Assembly: GCA_044224425.1 (NCBI GenBank)
Contig: JBGAKK010000020.1
Span: 1 to 64,000, forward strand
Origin: Phycisphaerales bacterium
GTDB lineage: Bacteria > Planctomycetota > Phycisphaerae > Phycisphaerales > SM1A02
Length of the DNA stretch: 64,000 bases
Direction of reading: 5' to 3'
A program made the translations under genes and the position numbers. The notes beneath the pieces were generated by a model. It worked only from the letters and a program-made list of their open reading frames with translations. It did no database searches and was not told where the DNA came from. Below, piece after piece: positions 8,459 to 18,052 of this stretch. Position 1 is the stretch's first letter; every line of letters starts with the position of its first letter.

Positions 8459-10453
8459 ATGACCCCTGTCGTGATCGTCGCCGGAGCGGCCCTCGCCGTG
8501 CCGCTCCTCGCCCTCTTCCTCCTGGTGCGCTACGTGCCGAACGAGCGCATCGCGGTGGTCGAGAAGCGATTCAGCGGCCGCGGCTCGATCAAGCACGGCC
8601 TCATCGCTCTCAACGGCGAGGCGGGCTTCGCCCCCACCGTCCTGCGCGGTGGCTTCCACTGGCTCAACCGCCTCCAGTACAAGCTGCACATCCTGCCCCT
8701 CGTGACCATCACCCAAGGCAAGATCGGCTATGTCTTCGCCCGCGACGGCGCCCCGCTCGGCCCGACCCAGACCTTGGCCTCGAACCGCACGGCGACCGCC
8801 TTCGAGGACGTGGCCGCTTTCCTCTCAAGCGGCGGCCAGCGCGGACCGCAGCGGCTGATCCTCCGCGAGGGCACCTATGCCATCAACCTCGCCCAGTTCG
8901 CGGTCATCACCGAGGAGCACGTCTACTTCCTCCCCCTGAGTAAGACCGAGACCGCCGTCTTCCAGGAGATGGCCGACCTGCTCGAGGACCGCGACGGCTT
9001 CACCCCCATCGTCATCAAGGGCAGCGAGGACCAGCTCGGGGTGGTCACCATCCACGACGGCCCGGCCCTGGCTGGCGAGCAGATCATCGCCCCCATCGTG
9101 GGCAGCGCGAGCGGCGAACCCGAGACCTACCACAACTGCTTCCAGGATCCCGAGAAGTTCCTCGCCGCCGGCGGTCGCCGCGGCCGCCAGGCCCAGGTCC
9201 TCGTCGAAGGCACCTATTACGTCAATCGCCTCTTCGCCACCATCGAGATGCTCCCCAAGACGGTGATCGACGTCGGCTCGGTGGGCGTGGTGGTGAGCTA
9301 CACCGGCGAGCTCGGCCTCGACCTCTCGGGCAGCGACTACAAGCACGGCGAGCTGGTGAAGCACGGCGAGCGCGGCGTGTGGAGCGAGCCGCTTCTCCCT
9401 GGCAAGTACGCCTTCAACACCTATGCCGGCAAGGTCATCCAGGTGCCGACCACGAACTTCATCCTCAAGTGGATCAGCGCCCAGACCGGCAGCCATCGCT
9501 ACGACGAGAACCTGGCCGAGGTCTCTCTCATCACCAAGGACGCCTTCGAGCCGTCGCTCCCGCTGAGCGTCGTCGTCCACATCGACTACCGCAAGGCGCC
9601 GCTCGTCATCCAACGCTTCGGCGACATCCGCCGCCTGGTCGAGCAGACGCTTGATCCCATGATCGCCGCCTACTTCAAGAACATCGCCCAGACCCGCACG
9701 CTCATCCAGCTCCTCCAGGACCGCTCGGCGATCCAGGAGCAGGCCGGCCAGGAGATGCGGGCCAAGTTCGCCCACTACAACCTCGAGCTGGAGGAGGTCC
9801 TGATCGGCACGCCGACCAGCGGCAAGGCCGACAACAAGATCGAGACCATCCTCAACCAGCTCCGCCAGCGGCAGATCGCCGAGGAGCAGATCGAGACCTA
9901 CGCCCGGCAGGAGAAGGCCGCGGTCAAGGAACGCGAGCTCCGCGAGGCCGAGGCTCGCTCGCGTCAGCAGCAGGCCATCACCGAGAGCGAACTCTCGATC
10001 GCCATCCAGTCGAACCAAGGCAAGGCCGAGTTCCAGCGCTCGCTGCAGGAGGCCGCCCGCGTGCGGGCCATGGCCGAGGCCGAGGGCTCGCGGATCCGCA
10101 CCATCGCCGAAGCCGAGGCCCAGCGGGCGGCCCAGGTCGGCTTGGGCCAGGCCATCGCCATCGAGGAGCAGGTCCGGGCCTACGGCGGGCCGCAGTTCCA
10201 GCTCACCCAGCAGGTGATGAACCGCTTCGCGGAGGCGATCCAGGCCGCCCACGTCGACGTGGTGCCCAAGATCGTGGTCGGCGGCGCGGGCGGCGGAGCC
10301 CCGAACGGCGGCAGCGTGATGGAGACGCTGCTCACCCTCCTCCTCTCCGAGAAGCTCGGCGTCCACGCCGGCAACGGCTCCGCCCCGCGCTCGGCAGAGG
10401 TCGAGGCCATGCGCGGCCAACTGCTCGCAGCGGCCAAGCCGGTCCAGAACTGA
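8459..10453 (+). CDS. flotillin-like SPFH/band-7 domain protein
   Basis: True start MTPVVIVAGAALAVPLLALF (ATG 8459, RBS ggagag). The upstream part of ORF 7820..10453 is the rpsA fragment plus non-coding sequence. N-terminal membrane anchor, SPFH domain, and a long E/A/Q/R-rich coiled-coil tail typical of flotillins (YqiK-like). Confidence 0.85.
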   Translation: MTPVVIVAGAALAVPLLALFLLVRYVPNERIAVVEKRFSGRGSIKHGLIALNGEAGFAPTVLRGGFHWLNRLQYKLHILPLVTITQGKIGYVFARDGAPLGPTQTLASNRTATAFEDVAAFLSSGGQRGPQRLILREGTYAINLAQFAVITEEHVYFLPLSKTETAVFQEMADLLEDRDGFTPIVIKGSEDQLGVVTIHDGPALAGEQIIAPIVGSASGEPETYHNCFQDPEKFLAAGGRRGRQAQVLVEGTYYVNRLFATIEMLPKTVIDVGSVGVVVSYTGELGLDLSGSDYKHGELVKHGERGVWSEPLLPGKYAFNTYAGKVIQVPTTNFILKWISAQTGSHRYDENLAEVSLITKDAFEPSLPLSVVVHIDYRKAPLVIQRFGDIRRLVEQTLDPMIAAYFKNIAQTRTLIQLLQDRSAIQEQAGQEMRAKFAHYNLELEEVLIGTPTSGKADNKIETILNQLRQRQIAEEQIETYARQEKAAVKERELREAEARSRQQQAITESELSIAIQSNQGKAEFQRSLQEAARVRAMAEAEGSRIRTIAEAEAQRAAQVGLGQAIAIEEQVRAYGGPQFQLTQQVMNRFAEAIQAAHVDVVPKIVVGGAGGGAPNGGSVMETLLTLLLSEKLGVHAGNGSAPRSAEVEAMRGQLLAAAKPVQN

Positions 10454-10478
10454 CATCGGCAGGTCCAATCGGACGACA

Positions 10479-10512
10479 AGGCCCCGGCAGCGATGCCGGG
10501 GCCTTGCTCCTT
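10479..10512. terminator. putative bidirectional terminator between convergent genes
   Basis: aggccccggc-agcgat-gccggggcct followed by tgctcctt. Confidence 0.45.
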
Positions 10513-10534
10513 CCGTCCGGTCGGGCGAGCGGCG

Positions 10535-12589
10535 TCAGCCCGCCACGTCGCCGAAGTGCCCGAGCACCTCGAGGATGTCGAGGGCGTCGACCTCGCCGTC
10601 GTGGTTGAGGTCGGCCGGGCAGTAGGTCGGATCGCCGCAGGGACCCCAAGCGAGGTGGATGGCGGTGATGTCGTCGCGATCGACGCGCCCGTCGAGATTG
10701 GCGTCGCCGGGGATCGCGATGGTGGCCAACTGCCGGTAGATGGCGTCGGTGACCGCATCGCCGTTGAACCCAAACCACGTCTCCTTCACCATCCCGGTCG
10801 GCGTGACCAGGAAGCTCCGCGAGAAGGGCAGGCCCGACGCTGGCTGCTGGTAGGCGACATAGGACACGCTGCCCGAGAGGTCGAAGAGCATCGGCATCCG
10901 CAGGTAGAGGTTGTGCCAGTACTCGTCGAGGAGGCTGGCGTCCTCCTTTTGGCTGATGAGGACCATCGACACCTGCGGATGGTGCTCGAAGAGGGCCCCG
11001 ATCGAATTCTGCACGTCGCACACGACCGGCATGCAGGCCGGGCACCAGGTGCCGAAGATCTGGAAGTAGACCACCTTGCCGAGCTGCTCGGTGAGGGAGA
11101 ACGAGCTGTAGGTGAAGAGCTCCCGCTCGTGGTCGTACGTCCACATGGGCAGCGTGAACGGCACGGCGGGCTGGCCAGGGTCGATGTAGCCCGTGTTGCC
11201 GAAGAGTTCGGCCGGGAGGATTGACTCGTCGGGGTCGTTCGAGGTGACCTTGAGCAGCGTCTGGGCCGCCGTTCCAGGCGTGTAGGTGACCGCGAGATTC
11301 ACCGATGCCCCCGGGGCGATGGTCATGGCATTGTGCGGCGTCACCGTGAAGTTCGCGGCTCCCGTCGCGATCGATGTGACGTTGAGGGGCACGGCACCCG
11401 AGTTCGACAGCTTCACGTTGATGGTGCCGCCCGCGGCCTCGAAGCGGACCCGCTGGTTCGAGAGGTTCGCGTCCGGCTGCGTGGAGCTGGCCAGCGGGAC
11501 GATGCGGTAGACGTCCACCGAATCCCAATTGGCGGCGAGGAGATGGTCGCTGCCCCAAGCGGCGACGCCGTGCCAGAGGCGGAGGGAGACCGCGCCGCCG
11601 GCCAGCATGCGATGCAGACCTCGCTCGGTGGTGATCGGCTTCAGCATCGCGTCCGGAGCGAGCTCGAAGAGGTTGATTCCGGTGATGTCGGCCACGGCCA
11701 GATAGCCGTGCAGGTCGGCCAGGGCCCGGGCGATGCCGGGGGTTTGGAACTGGTGGCGCCGCCCCACGTCGCCGTTCTCGTAGGTGAGGACGCCGGCGCT
11801 TCCGGCGGCGAGGTAGACGTCGCCGTCGATGACCGCGACGTCCTCGGCAGTGCCGAGGGCCGTGCCATTCACCCGCTCTCCCGCCACCACCCGCATGGCG
11901 GCCGGGTTAGCCACGTCGACCACCTTGAGCCCGCCGGCGCCGTCGGCGACGTACGCAGTTCGACCGTCGACGGCGATGGCGAAGGCGTCGGTGAAGCCGG
12001 TGCCGAGCGAACCGATCAGGGCTGGCTCCTCGGGCGTCGAGACGTCATAGCAGCGGATGCCGTAGGCATGCGCCGCGACGTAGAGCCGGTGCCCAGCCAC
12101 CGCCATGTCCTCGAAGTAGACGCCCGGCTCTTCCACCGTGGTGAGCCACTCAATCGCCTTGGTGGCAGGATCGATGTGGACCACGCCGAAACCGCCGAGG
12201 CGGAGGTTGGCGAAAAGGTACTCGTCGCCGTAGGGGACGAGCGAGTAGACGTCGTGACCGCGCAGCTCGCTGACGAAGCTGTTCGTCCCCTGCCCCGGCG
12301 GCAAGGCGTCGAGGTTGATCACCCGGAGCGCGTCGTAGGAGCAGGTGACCGCGAAGTGGTCGAAGATGGGCATGACGCCGACCAGGTGATCGCGGCCGAT
12401 GAGCTGGTGGTTGTAGCGACCGACATGCTCGAACCGGGCGTCGCCAGCGGCGAGCGCACTCCCGGCTGCAGTCAGGGCCAACGCCCCGACGAGGAGCGGA
12501 CGAGTGGCGCCGCAGACCCGGCGCGGACGGGCGAACTCAGCCGAAGCACGGGCCGCGGGTTCGCAGCCGGTCTCTTGCATGCGGTGCAT
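10535..12589 (-). CDS. secreted multidomain protein: LVIVD-type beta-propeller + Ig-like + thioredoxin-like (WCPAC) + C-terminal dockerin-like repeats
   Basis: AGGAGG RBS 5 nt before ATG 12589. Signal peptide LLVGALALTAAGSALAAG. Repeated ..GAGGLKVVDVANPA.. LVIVD-like blades. FGTWCPAC redoxin motif. C-terminus GDANLDGRVDRDDITAIHLAWG / DLNHDGEVDALDILEVLGHFG. Confidence 0.7.
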   Translation of the reverse strand: MHRMQETGCEPAARASAEFARPRRVCGATRPLLVGALALTAAGSALAAGDARFEHVGRYNHQLIGRDHLVGVMPIFDHFAVTCSYDALRVINLDALPPGQGTNSFVSELRGHDVYSLVPYGDEYLFANLRLGGFGVVHIDPATKAIEWLTTVEEPGVYFEDMAVAGHRLYVAAHAYGIRCYDVSTPEEPALIGSLGTGFTDAFAIAVDGRTAYVADGAGGLKVVDVANPAAMRVVAGERVNGTALGTAEDVAVIDGDVYLAAGSAGVLTYENGDVGRRHQFQTPGIARALADLHGYLAVADITGINLFELAPDAMLKPITTERGLHRMLAGGAVSLRLWHGVAAWGSDHLLAANWDSVDVYRIVPLASSTQPDANLSNQRVRFEAAGGTINVKLSNSGAVPLNVTSIATGAANFTVTPHNAMTIAPGASVNLAVTYTPGTAAQTLLKVTSNDPDESILPAELFGNTGYIDPGQPAVPFTLPMWTYDHERELFTYSSFSLTEQLGKVVYFQIFGTWCPACMPVVCDVQNSIGALFEHHPQVSMVLISQKEDASLLDEYWHNLYLRMPMLFDLSGSVSYVAYQQPASGLPFSRSFLVTPTGMVKETWFGFNGDAVTDAIYRQLATIAIPGDANLDGRVDRDDITAIHLAWGPCGDPTYCPADLNHDGEVDALDILEVLGHFGDVAG

Positions 12590-12860
12590 CGCTGCCTCCT
12601 AGGAAGGAGAGCGGGGCCCGGGAACGCGGAGTTTCCGCGCCTACCCCGCGGGAGAACCCCCCTGCGATCGAGCGCGGACGCCGCGGCGTCGAGCAGCGGG
12701 ATGTCACCAGCGTAGTGGATTCCGGACCTTCGGGTACGAGATTGCAGCGAAGATGACGAGGATCGTGGGGAGTCCGCGGCGCGGTGCGTCGAGGCGAGGT
12801 TTCGGAACGCGGATCTGGATTCGGTTGATTTGGGGGCGGGCGGGTTCGGATGGGGTTCGA

Positions 12861-13270
12861 TGGGACAGGCATCGACGGCGTGGGACAGGCACCTGCTTGG
12901 GCGGGCCGTCGGCCGCGGCATGGGACAGGCATGGCGGGTTGGCGGCCAGCCCGCTTGGGGACAGCCCGCTGGGGGACAGGCACTCGGGGCGGGCTCGACG
13001 TGGGACGGCCCGACGTGGGACAGGCACTCCGCATCCCCTGGGACAGGCACTCGGAACGCGAGCCAGGCACGGGACAGGCACTAGGACACGCATGGGCCCC
13101 GGTCCACCCGCCTGCCGGAATTGGGACAGGCAGGGGGGCGTGGGACAGGCACGGGCTTGGGACAGGCACGCGGCCGCGGCATGGGACAGGCATGGCGAGC
13201 TGGCGGCCGCCCGCCTTGGGACAGGCACCATGGGACAGGCACCACGGGACAGGCACCTCAGGACGGCCAC
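12861..13270 (+). repeat. array of ~17 direct copies of 11-mer TGGGACAGGCA (plus degenerate variants) with irregular 0-30 nt spacers
   Basis: Exact copies begin at 12861, 12881, 12921, 13016, 13040, 13122, 13141, 13158, 13182, 13217, 13231. Near-copies at 12956, 12972, 13001, 13070, 13083, 13245, 13260. All on the same strand, with non-periodic spacing. Confidence 0.9.
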
Positions 13271-13438
13271 CCCACCAACGACAACGCCCACGATCTCGTG
13301 GGCGTCTTCCGACTGATCCAGTTCTTCCCGCGTCGCCTCGTTGAGGCAACCGCGGCGACCTCTTGCCGAGGTCCCCGTCAACGCACGATCGCTCCTGCGT
13401 CACCCGAGCGTGGCTTCGGGCGTCGTGGAGCGAGGTAT

Positions 13439-13522
13439 TCAGCAGAGGGCGGCGTAGGCGAGCGCGGTGAGGATGAAGAGCTTCACCTTCCGGTCGTTGA
13501 TACGAAGTAGCGTGGAGAGCAT
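13439..13522 (-). CDS. possible 27-aa hydrophobic micro-protein (MLSTLLRINDRKVKLFILTALAYAALC)
   Basis: ATG with GGAG 6 nt upstream. Single predicted TM helix. Not in the ORF track because it is under 60 aa. Speculative. Confidence 0.25.
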   Translation of the reverse strand: MLSTLLRINDRKVKLFILTALAYAALC

Positions 13523-13700
13523 GTCTGGCTCCGAGCCTCTCTTCAGTTGTAGGAGAATCCCGCTGCCGGGCTGGCCTCGGTAGGATCAAAGCCTGTGCCA
13601 CGCCGGGGCGTCCGGGCCGCGAACGGCCTGGGTGCGAATCCTCGCGGGGTCCGCCCCTCTCCTTCGGTTCTGGATGCGCCACCCGATGCCCCGACGCAAC

Positions 13701-15647
13701 ATGGGTCGATGCCTCCTCGCCACGTGCCTGGCATTCTCGGCCCTCGCCTGTGGCGTGGCGGCAGCGGACACCGAGCCGCCGCATGGCGAGCCGCCGGCCG
13801 CGGAGAAGGCTCCGGCCGCCCAGCCACCGCCTCCCGCCGAGCACGGACCAAGCGAGCCAGACGTCGCGGCCTGCGTCGACGGCTACCTCGCCGCCCGGCA
13901 GTGGGTCGACACCCTCGCCCCGCCTGACCCGGAGGCCCCGGAATCACATCTCACGCTCCCCGGGGTACGCGGGGTCAGCGTGATCCTCCGCCACCAAGGC
14001 CGCATGGTCGGGATCGGCGACGACTGGCCACCTCTTGCCGGCGACGAGCGCATGCTCCGCCGGGCCGTGGGCCGAGCCATCGGCCGGGCCCTCGGTGACC
14101 GCGTCATCAGCGCCCTCCCTCCCGCCGAACGCGATGCGGCTGGCAAGCAGCTCACCGTCGAACTCGAGTTTGCCGGACGGCCCGAGCCGCTGCTTGGCCG
14201 GACCATCGCCGAGTGCGCGACCCGCGTCGAGCCGGGCCTCGATGGCTTGGCGATCCGCCGCGCCGGCGGCGGCAAGCCAGTCTGGGCCGTGGCCTTCCCG
14301 AGCCGGCTGCAGGCGACCAACCTGTCGGGTGGCCCGGAGCGAACGATCGTCTCCCTCCTCCTTGACGTCGGCCTCCCCGCGAAGGACCTGCCGGAACTCG
14401 CCCGCATCGAGCCGGTCGGCATCTTCAAGTTCTCCTCGCTTCGCCTCGCCCAGACCGGGCCGGACCGCCCGCCCATCGTGCGCGGCCGAGGCGCTGCCCG
14501 CGTCGCCGATGGCGACGTCACATCCGCGGCGATCGTGGCCCATGCTCGCCGGGTGCTCGATCGACTGCGGGAGTCGATGCCGCAGTCACGCAACGCAGAC
14601 GCCCCCTCCGCAGGCATCGGATTGGTGGGCGACTACCACCCGGTGAGCGACGAATGCAAGCCCCTCGTCGCCCCGCCGCACGACCAAGCGTTGGTGGCGT
14701 GGGCCGCGGCGGCCGTGGCGGCATCGGACAAGTTCCCGGCTGCCGATCGAGCCATGGCCAAACAATTCGCAGTGGCCATCCTCGAAGACCTGGTCATCCT
14801 CAATCCGAACGAGGAATCTCCCACCACGGCGACCCCGTCCCTGGCCTTTGCCCTGTGCGCGGTGACCACGTTGGGCGGCCCCAACGACCTGAGCGAAGAT
14901 GCCGCGGACCTGGCCCGCATCGCTCGCGAGAAGCTCGCCGTCGGCCTGCAGTCGGGCTCGCCCAACGATCGCTCGCTGGCCTGTCTCGCCGCCGCCATGA
15001 CCTTGGGCACCGAGCAGCGGCTCGCCCCGGCCAGCGACGTGCGCCGAGCCCTCGACATCGTGTGGGACGGGACGCCCAAGGAGCAGTTGGTCGCCTTCTT
15101 CCCCTGGCTCATCCTCGCTGAGAGCGCCTACGCCCGGGCCACCGGCCAGGCCGCTGCCCGCGGCGGCGAAGCGAGGGCCCTGACCCAAGCCCTCTTCCTG
15201 GCCCAGGCCGGATTCGGGGACCTCACCTCGCAGCAGGATCTCCGCGGCGGTTTCCGCCTGACGAACGGCCGCCGAGGCGGCGTCACCGCCCAGTCGCTGC
15301 GACCCGGCCTCGGGCTCGCGGCAATGGTCGCCTATCCCGGCTTCCTCACCGAGGACGCCTTGCCACTCCATCGCGAGCGACTCCTCGCCCTCGTCCGCTT
15401 CGCCTTCGAACTCACCGCGGACGAGGAATTGGCGTCCTTCTACCGGAATCCCGCTCGCGTCCTCGGCGGGATGCGCGAAGCCCTGTGGGACTCCGACCAG
15501 CCTGTCGCGGCCAACGCAGTGGGCGTCCTGGTCGACGTACTTGCCCTTGAGGCTGGCGTCGGTGCCAACGGCCACGGCCACGCCCCGGACGAACCCGGGC
15601 CTGCGAACGCTCCGGCCCCCGCTTCCCCAGCCGCACCCCCCGCCTGA
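13701..15647 (+). CDS. hypothetical secreted protein
   Basis: ORF 13632..15647. Preferred start MGRCLLATCLAFSALACGVAAAD (signal peptide). Pro/Ala-rich linker, then a ~580-aa domain with no recognisable motif. Confidence 0.55.
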   Translation: MGRCLLATCLAFSALACGVAAADTEPPHGEPPAAEKAPAAQPPPPAEHGPSEPDVAACVDGYLAARQWVDTLAPPDPEAPESHLTLPGVRGVSVILRHQGRMVGIGDDWPPLAGDERMLRRAVGRAIGRALGDRVISALPPAERDAAGKQLTVELEFAGRPEPLLGRTIAECATRVEPGLDGLAIRRAGGGKPVWAVAFPSRLQATNLSGGPERTIVSLLLDVGLPAKDLPELARIEPVGIFKFSSLRLAQTGPDRPPIVRGRGAARVADGDVTSAAIVAHARRVLDRLRESMPQSRNADAPSAGIGLVGDYHPVSDECKPLVAPPHDQALVAWAAAAVAASDKFPAADRAMAKQFAVAILEDLVILNPNEESPTTATPSLAFALCAVTTLGGPNDLSEDAADLARIAREKLAVGLQSGSPNDRSLACLAAAMTLGTEQRLAPASDVRRALDIVWDGTPKEQLVAFFPWLILAESAYARATGQAAARGGEARALTQALFLAQAGFGDLTSQQDLRGGFRLTNGRRGGVTAQSLRPGLGLAAMVAYPGFLTEDALPLHRERLLALVRFAFELTADEELASFYRNPARVLGGMREALWDSDQPVAANAVGVLVDVLALEAGVGANGHGHAPDEPGPANAPAPASPAAPPA

Positions 15648-15829
15648 GTCCCCAATCGATCGCAAGAGTGTGGGCGAGACGGCCGAAAAGATCATTGAGC
15701 CGGCCGCAAGGCTCGTATATTAGGGTGGTTGGGGATGGTGTCCGCCGTCCCCGGCCGCTCGGAATGCCGATCGACACGGTGCTGCGCGACGTGGCGTCCT
15801 TCGCCGCCGCGCCCAACTAGGAGGTCCGA

Positions 15830-16990
15830 ATGCCGACTCGCTCGACTGCTCGCTGGGCCTTCGTGGGGACGTTTTCGCTCTCGCTCGCCACGGTGCTCGT
15901 CGTCGGCGCCCAGCCGACCCACGCCCAGAACCTGTCGGAGCGCATGCGCGCCGTCGCCGAGCAGCGACAGCAAGCAGCGGCTCATGACTCGTCGAAGGCC
16001 TCGCTCCTCGGCGCCCTCCTCTACACCGACCTCACGGTCGACTTCAAGGACCGCCCGGCGAAGGAAGCGATCCAGTTCATCGCCGACGCCCTCGGCGTCC
16101 CGCTTGTCGCCCGCTACTCGAGCGACCGGGCCGGCACGGGGCTCGATCCCGACGCATCGATCACCTTCAAGGCCGAAGGAAAGCCCGCCCTCACCGTCCT
16201 CGAGATGGTGCTCGAGCAAGCCGGCGGCGGCGACGCGACCACGTGGCAACTCCGCGAGGGCTTCATCGAGGTCGGCACCAAGGAGCGCCTCCGCGTGGCC
16301 TCGGCCCGCGAACTCCGCATGTATCCGGTGAAGGACCTCCTCTTCGAGGCCCCGCTCTTCGACAACGCGCCTGACTTCAACCTCAACTCCGCCATCCAGC
16401 AGGGCTCGAACGGCAGCCAGGGTGGCGGCGGTGGCGGGAATGGCGGTGGCGGCGGCGGCTTCGGTGGCGGCGGCGGCGGCGGCTTCGGCGGCGGTGGTGG
16501 CGGAGGCGGCTCGGGCGGCGGTGGCCAGATCTTCGGCGACCCGGGCGATGCACCGGAGATGCCGAGCGAGGCTGAGAAGGCCCAGAAGCTCGTCGACCTG
16601 ATCATCGAGACCGTCGAGCCCGACGAGTGGATCGACAACGGCGGCGAGTCGTCGATCAAGTACTACCAGGGCGTGCTGGTGGTGCGGGCCCCCGACTACG
16701 TGCACCGGGCCTTGGCTGGCTATCCCTTCGCGGCTCGACCGCAAGCATCGCAGCCGGCTGGCGGGCGCTACGTGACCTTCACCGCTCCGATCTCGATCAT
16801 CCAGAACGTGAAGTTCCGAAACGGCACCGTGACCGGCGCTGCCGGCGGCGCCGGGACCGGGACCGGCGGCAACGGCGGTGGCGGCGGTGGCGGCGGCGGC
16901 GGCAACCCCGCTCCCCCGCAGACCCCATCGAGCCCCAGTTCGCCAAGCGGCGGCAAGGGCACGGGTGGCGGCGGCAAGGGCGGCAAGTGA
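15830..16990 (+). CDS. secreted protein, paralog A (STN-like N-domain, Gly-rich tracts, conserved ..VVRAPDYVHRALAGYP.. module)
   Basis: RBS aggagg before ATG 15830. Signal peptide. Two poly-Gly tracts. Shares two conserved blocks with the next gene. Confidence 0.65.
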   Translation: MPTRSTARWAFVGTFSLSLATVLVVGAQPTHAQNLSERMRAVAEQRQQAAAHDSSKASLLGALLYTDLTVDFKDRPAKEAIQFIADALGVPLVARYSSDRAGTGLDPDASITFKAEGKPALTVLEMVLEQAGGGDATTWQLREGFIEVGTKERLRVASARELRMYPVKDLLFEAPLFDNAPDFNLNSAIQQGSNGSQGGGGGGNGGGGGGFGGGGGGGFGGGGGGGGSGGGGQIFGDPGDAPEMPSEAEKAQKLVDLIIETVEPDEWIDNGGESSIKYYQGVLVVRAPDYVHRALAGYPFAARPQASQPAGGRYVTFTAPISIIQNVKFRNGTVTGAAGGAGTGTGGNGGGGGGGGGGNPAPPQTPSSPSSPSGGKGTGGGGKGGK

Positions 16991-17024
16991 GCCCAGCCGT
17001 GCCGAACCTATGTTGAGAATCTCT

Positions 17025-17054
17025 TGGACGGGACGCCGTGATCGGCGTCCCGTT
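17025..17054 (+). terminator. putative intrinsic terminator between the tandem paralogs
   Basis: gggacgccg-tgat-cggcgtccc followed by gttctcgt. Confidence 0.4.
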
Positions 17055-17089
17055 CTCGTAGGACTGGTGTACGCCCCCGAGGACGTCCC

Positions 17090-18016
17090 ATGCACGCACT
17101 CCTGATCGCGTCGCTCCTCCTCCTGCCGCAGGCCTCGCCGGTCGCCACGCCTCCCGCGGCGCCCGCTGTGGCCCCAGAGGCGCAGGACTCCCCGGCCCGG
17201 GTCGAGGTGACCTTCACCAAGTACCGGATGCCTGGCCAACCCGCGCCGCGCGATGTCGACGAGATCGGACGCGAGGTGGTCGGTCGACTCACCTACTCGC
17301 AGGTCACCGTCGAGGCCGACGACCGGCCGGTGCGGGAGGTGCTCCAGCGGCTCGGACGGAGCCTCGGGATCAACGTGGTGCCGTTTTACGAAGGGGCCGA
17401 CCGCCCGGCCCCGCGGCTTGGGATCTCGACGGCCGCTCGGGCCACGCTCGACCTCCACGATGTCACCGGCCGTGCCGCGCTCGACGCCCTCGCCGCCCAG
17501 TGCGGCCCCGAGGTCACCTGGCAGATCCACCGCGGCATGCTCGAGTTCGGACCGCGCGAGGCCTTGGCCCGGGACGACGCCCGGCGCACGGTGGTCTACG
17601 ACGTCACCGACCTCTGCCTCGAGGCCCCCTATTTCACGCCCGGCGGCAGCCAAGGCCGCCCCTCCGACCGCCTGCGCCCCAAGGACATCGCCGCCGACCT
17701 GGTTCGATCGATCAGCGAGCAGTGCGAACCGACCGCCTTCGAGCCGGCGCCGCCGCCGAGCGACTCGGAGATCGAGGAGGGAACGCGCCGTCCGCAGGTC
17801 CCGCACAAGACGCCCGCCCCGACCCAAACCAACCCACGGAGCGACGTGAACACCACCGCGACGCGGAACCTCGATCCCGACGCGGGCCCCGTCTTCGTGA
17901 AGGGTCAGTGGGCCCAGATCCACCTCAAGGACAGGATCCTGGTGGTGACCGCCCCCGACTTCGTGCACCGCGCCATTGGCGGCTATGCCCCGCCGATTCC
18001 GCCGCCGCCGAAGTGA
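17090..18016 (+). CDS. secreted protein, paralog B of 15830..16990
   Basis: Signal peptide MHALLIASLLLLPQASPVA. Conserved blocks (..EVTWQIHRGMLEFGPREALAR..VVYDVTDLCLEAPYF.. and ..ILVVTAPDFVHRAIGGYAPP..) align with paralog A. Confidence 0.65.
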   Translation: MHALLIASLLLLPQASPVATPPAAPAVAPEAQDSPARVEVTFTKYRMPGQPAPRDVDEIGREVVGRLTYSQVTVEADDRPVREVLQRLGRSLGINVVPFYEGADRPAPRLGISTAARATLDLHDVTGRAALDALAAQCGPEVTWQIHRGMLEFGPREALARDDARRTVVYDVTDLCLEAPYFTPGGSQGRPSDRLRPKDIAADLVRSISEQCEPTAFEPAPPPSDSEIEEGTRRPQVPHKTPAPTQTNPRSDVNTTATRNLDPDAGPVFVKGQWAQIHLKDRILVVTAPDFVHRAIGGYAPPIPPPPK

Positions 18017-18052
18017 TCGAGCCTCCACCCGTGCCGGGTATCCTCCCGGCTC

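Noticed and set aside
12861-13270. CRISPR array interpretation of the TGGGACAGGCA cluster
   Set aside because: Repeat unit is only 11 nt, spacers are 0-30 nt and irregular, there is no leader and no cas genes in the window.
12753-13344. ORFs 12753..13316, 12830..13084 and 12850..13344 (+), translating the array as WDRH/GTGT repeats
   Set aside because: The protein-level periodicity comes from the DNA repeat. The repeat spacing is not in multiples of three, there is no start or RBS context, and overlapping alternative frames are equally open.
16420-16530. (GGC/GGT)n simple-sequence tract as a non-coding repeat
   Set aside because: It lies in frame inside the 15830..16990 gene and encodes poly-Gly linkers; kept as part of the CDS.
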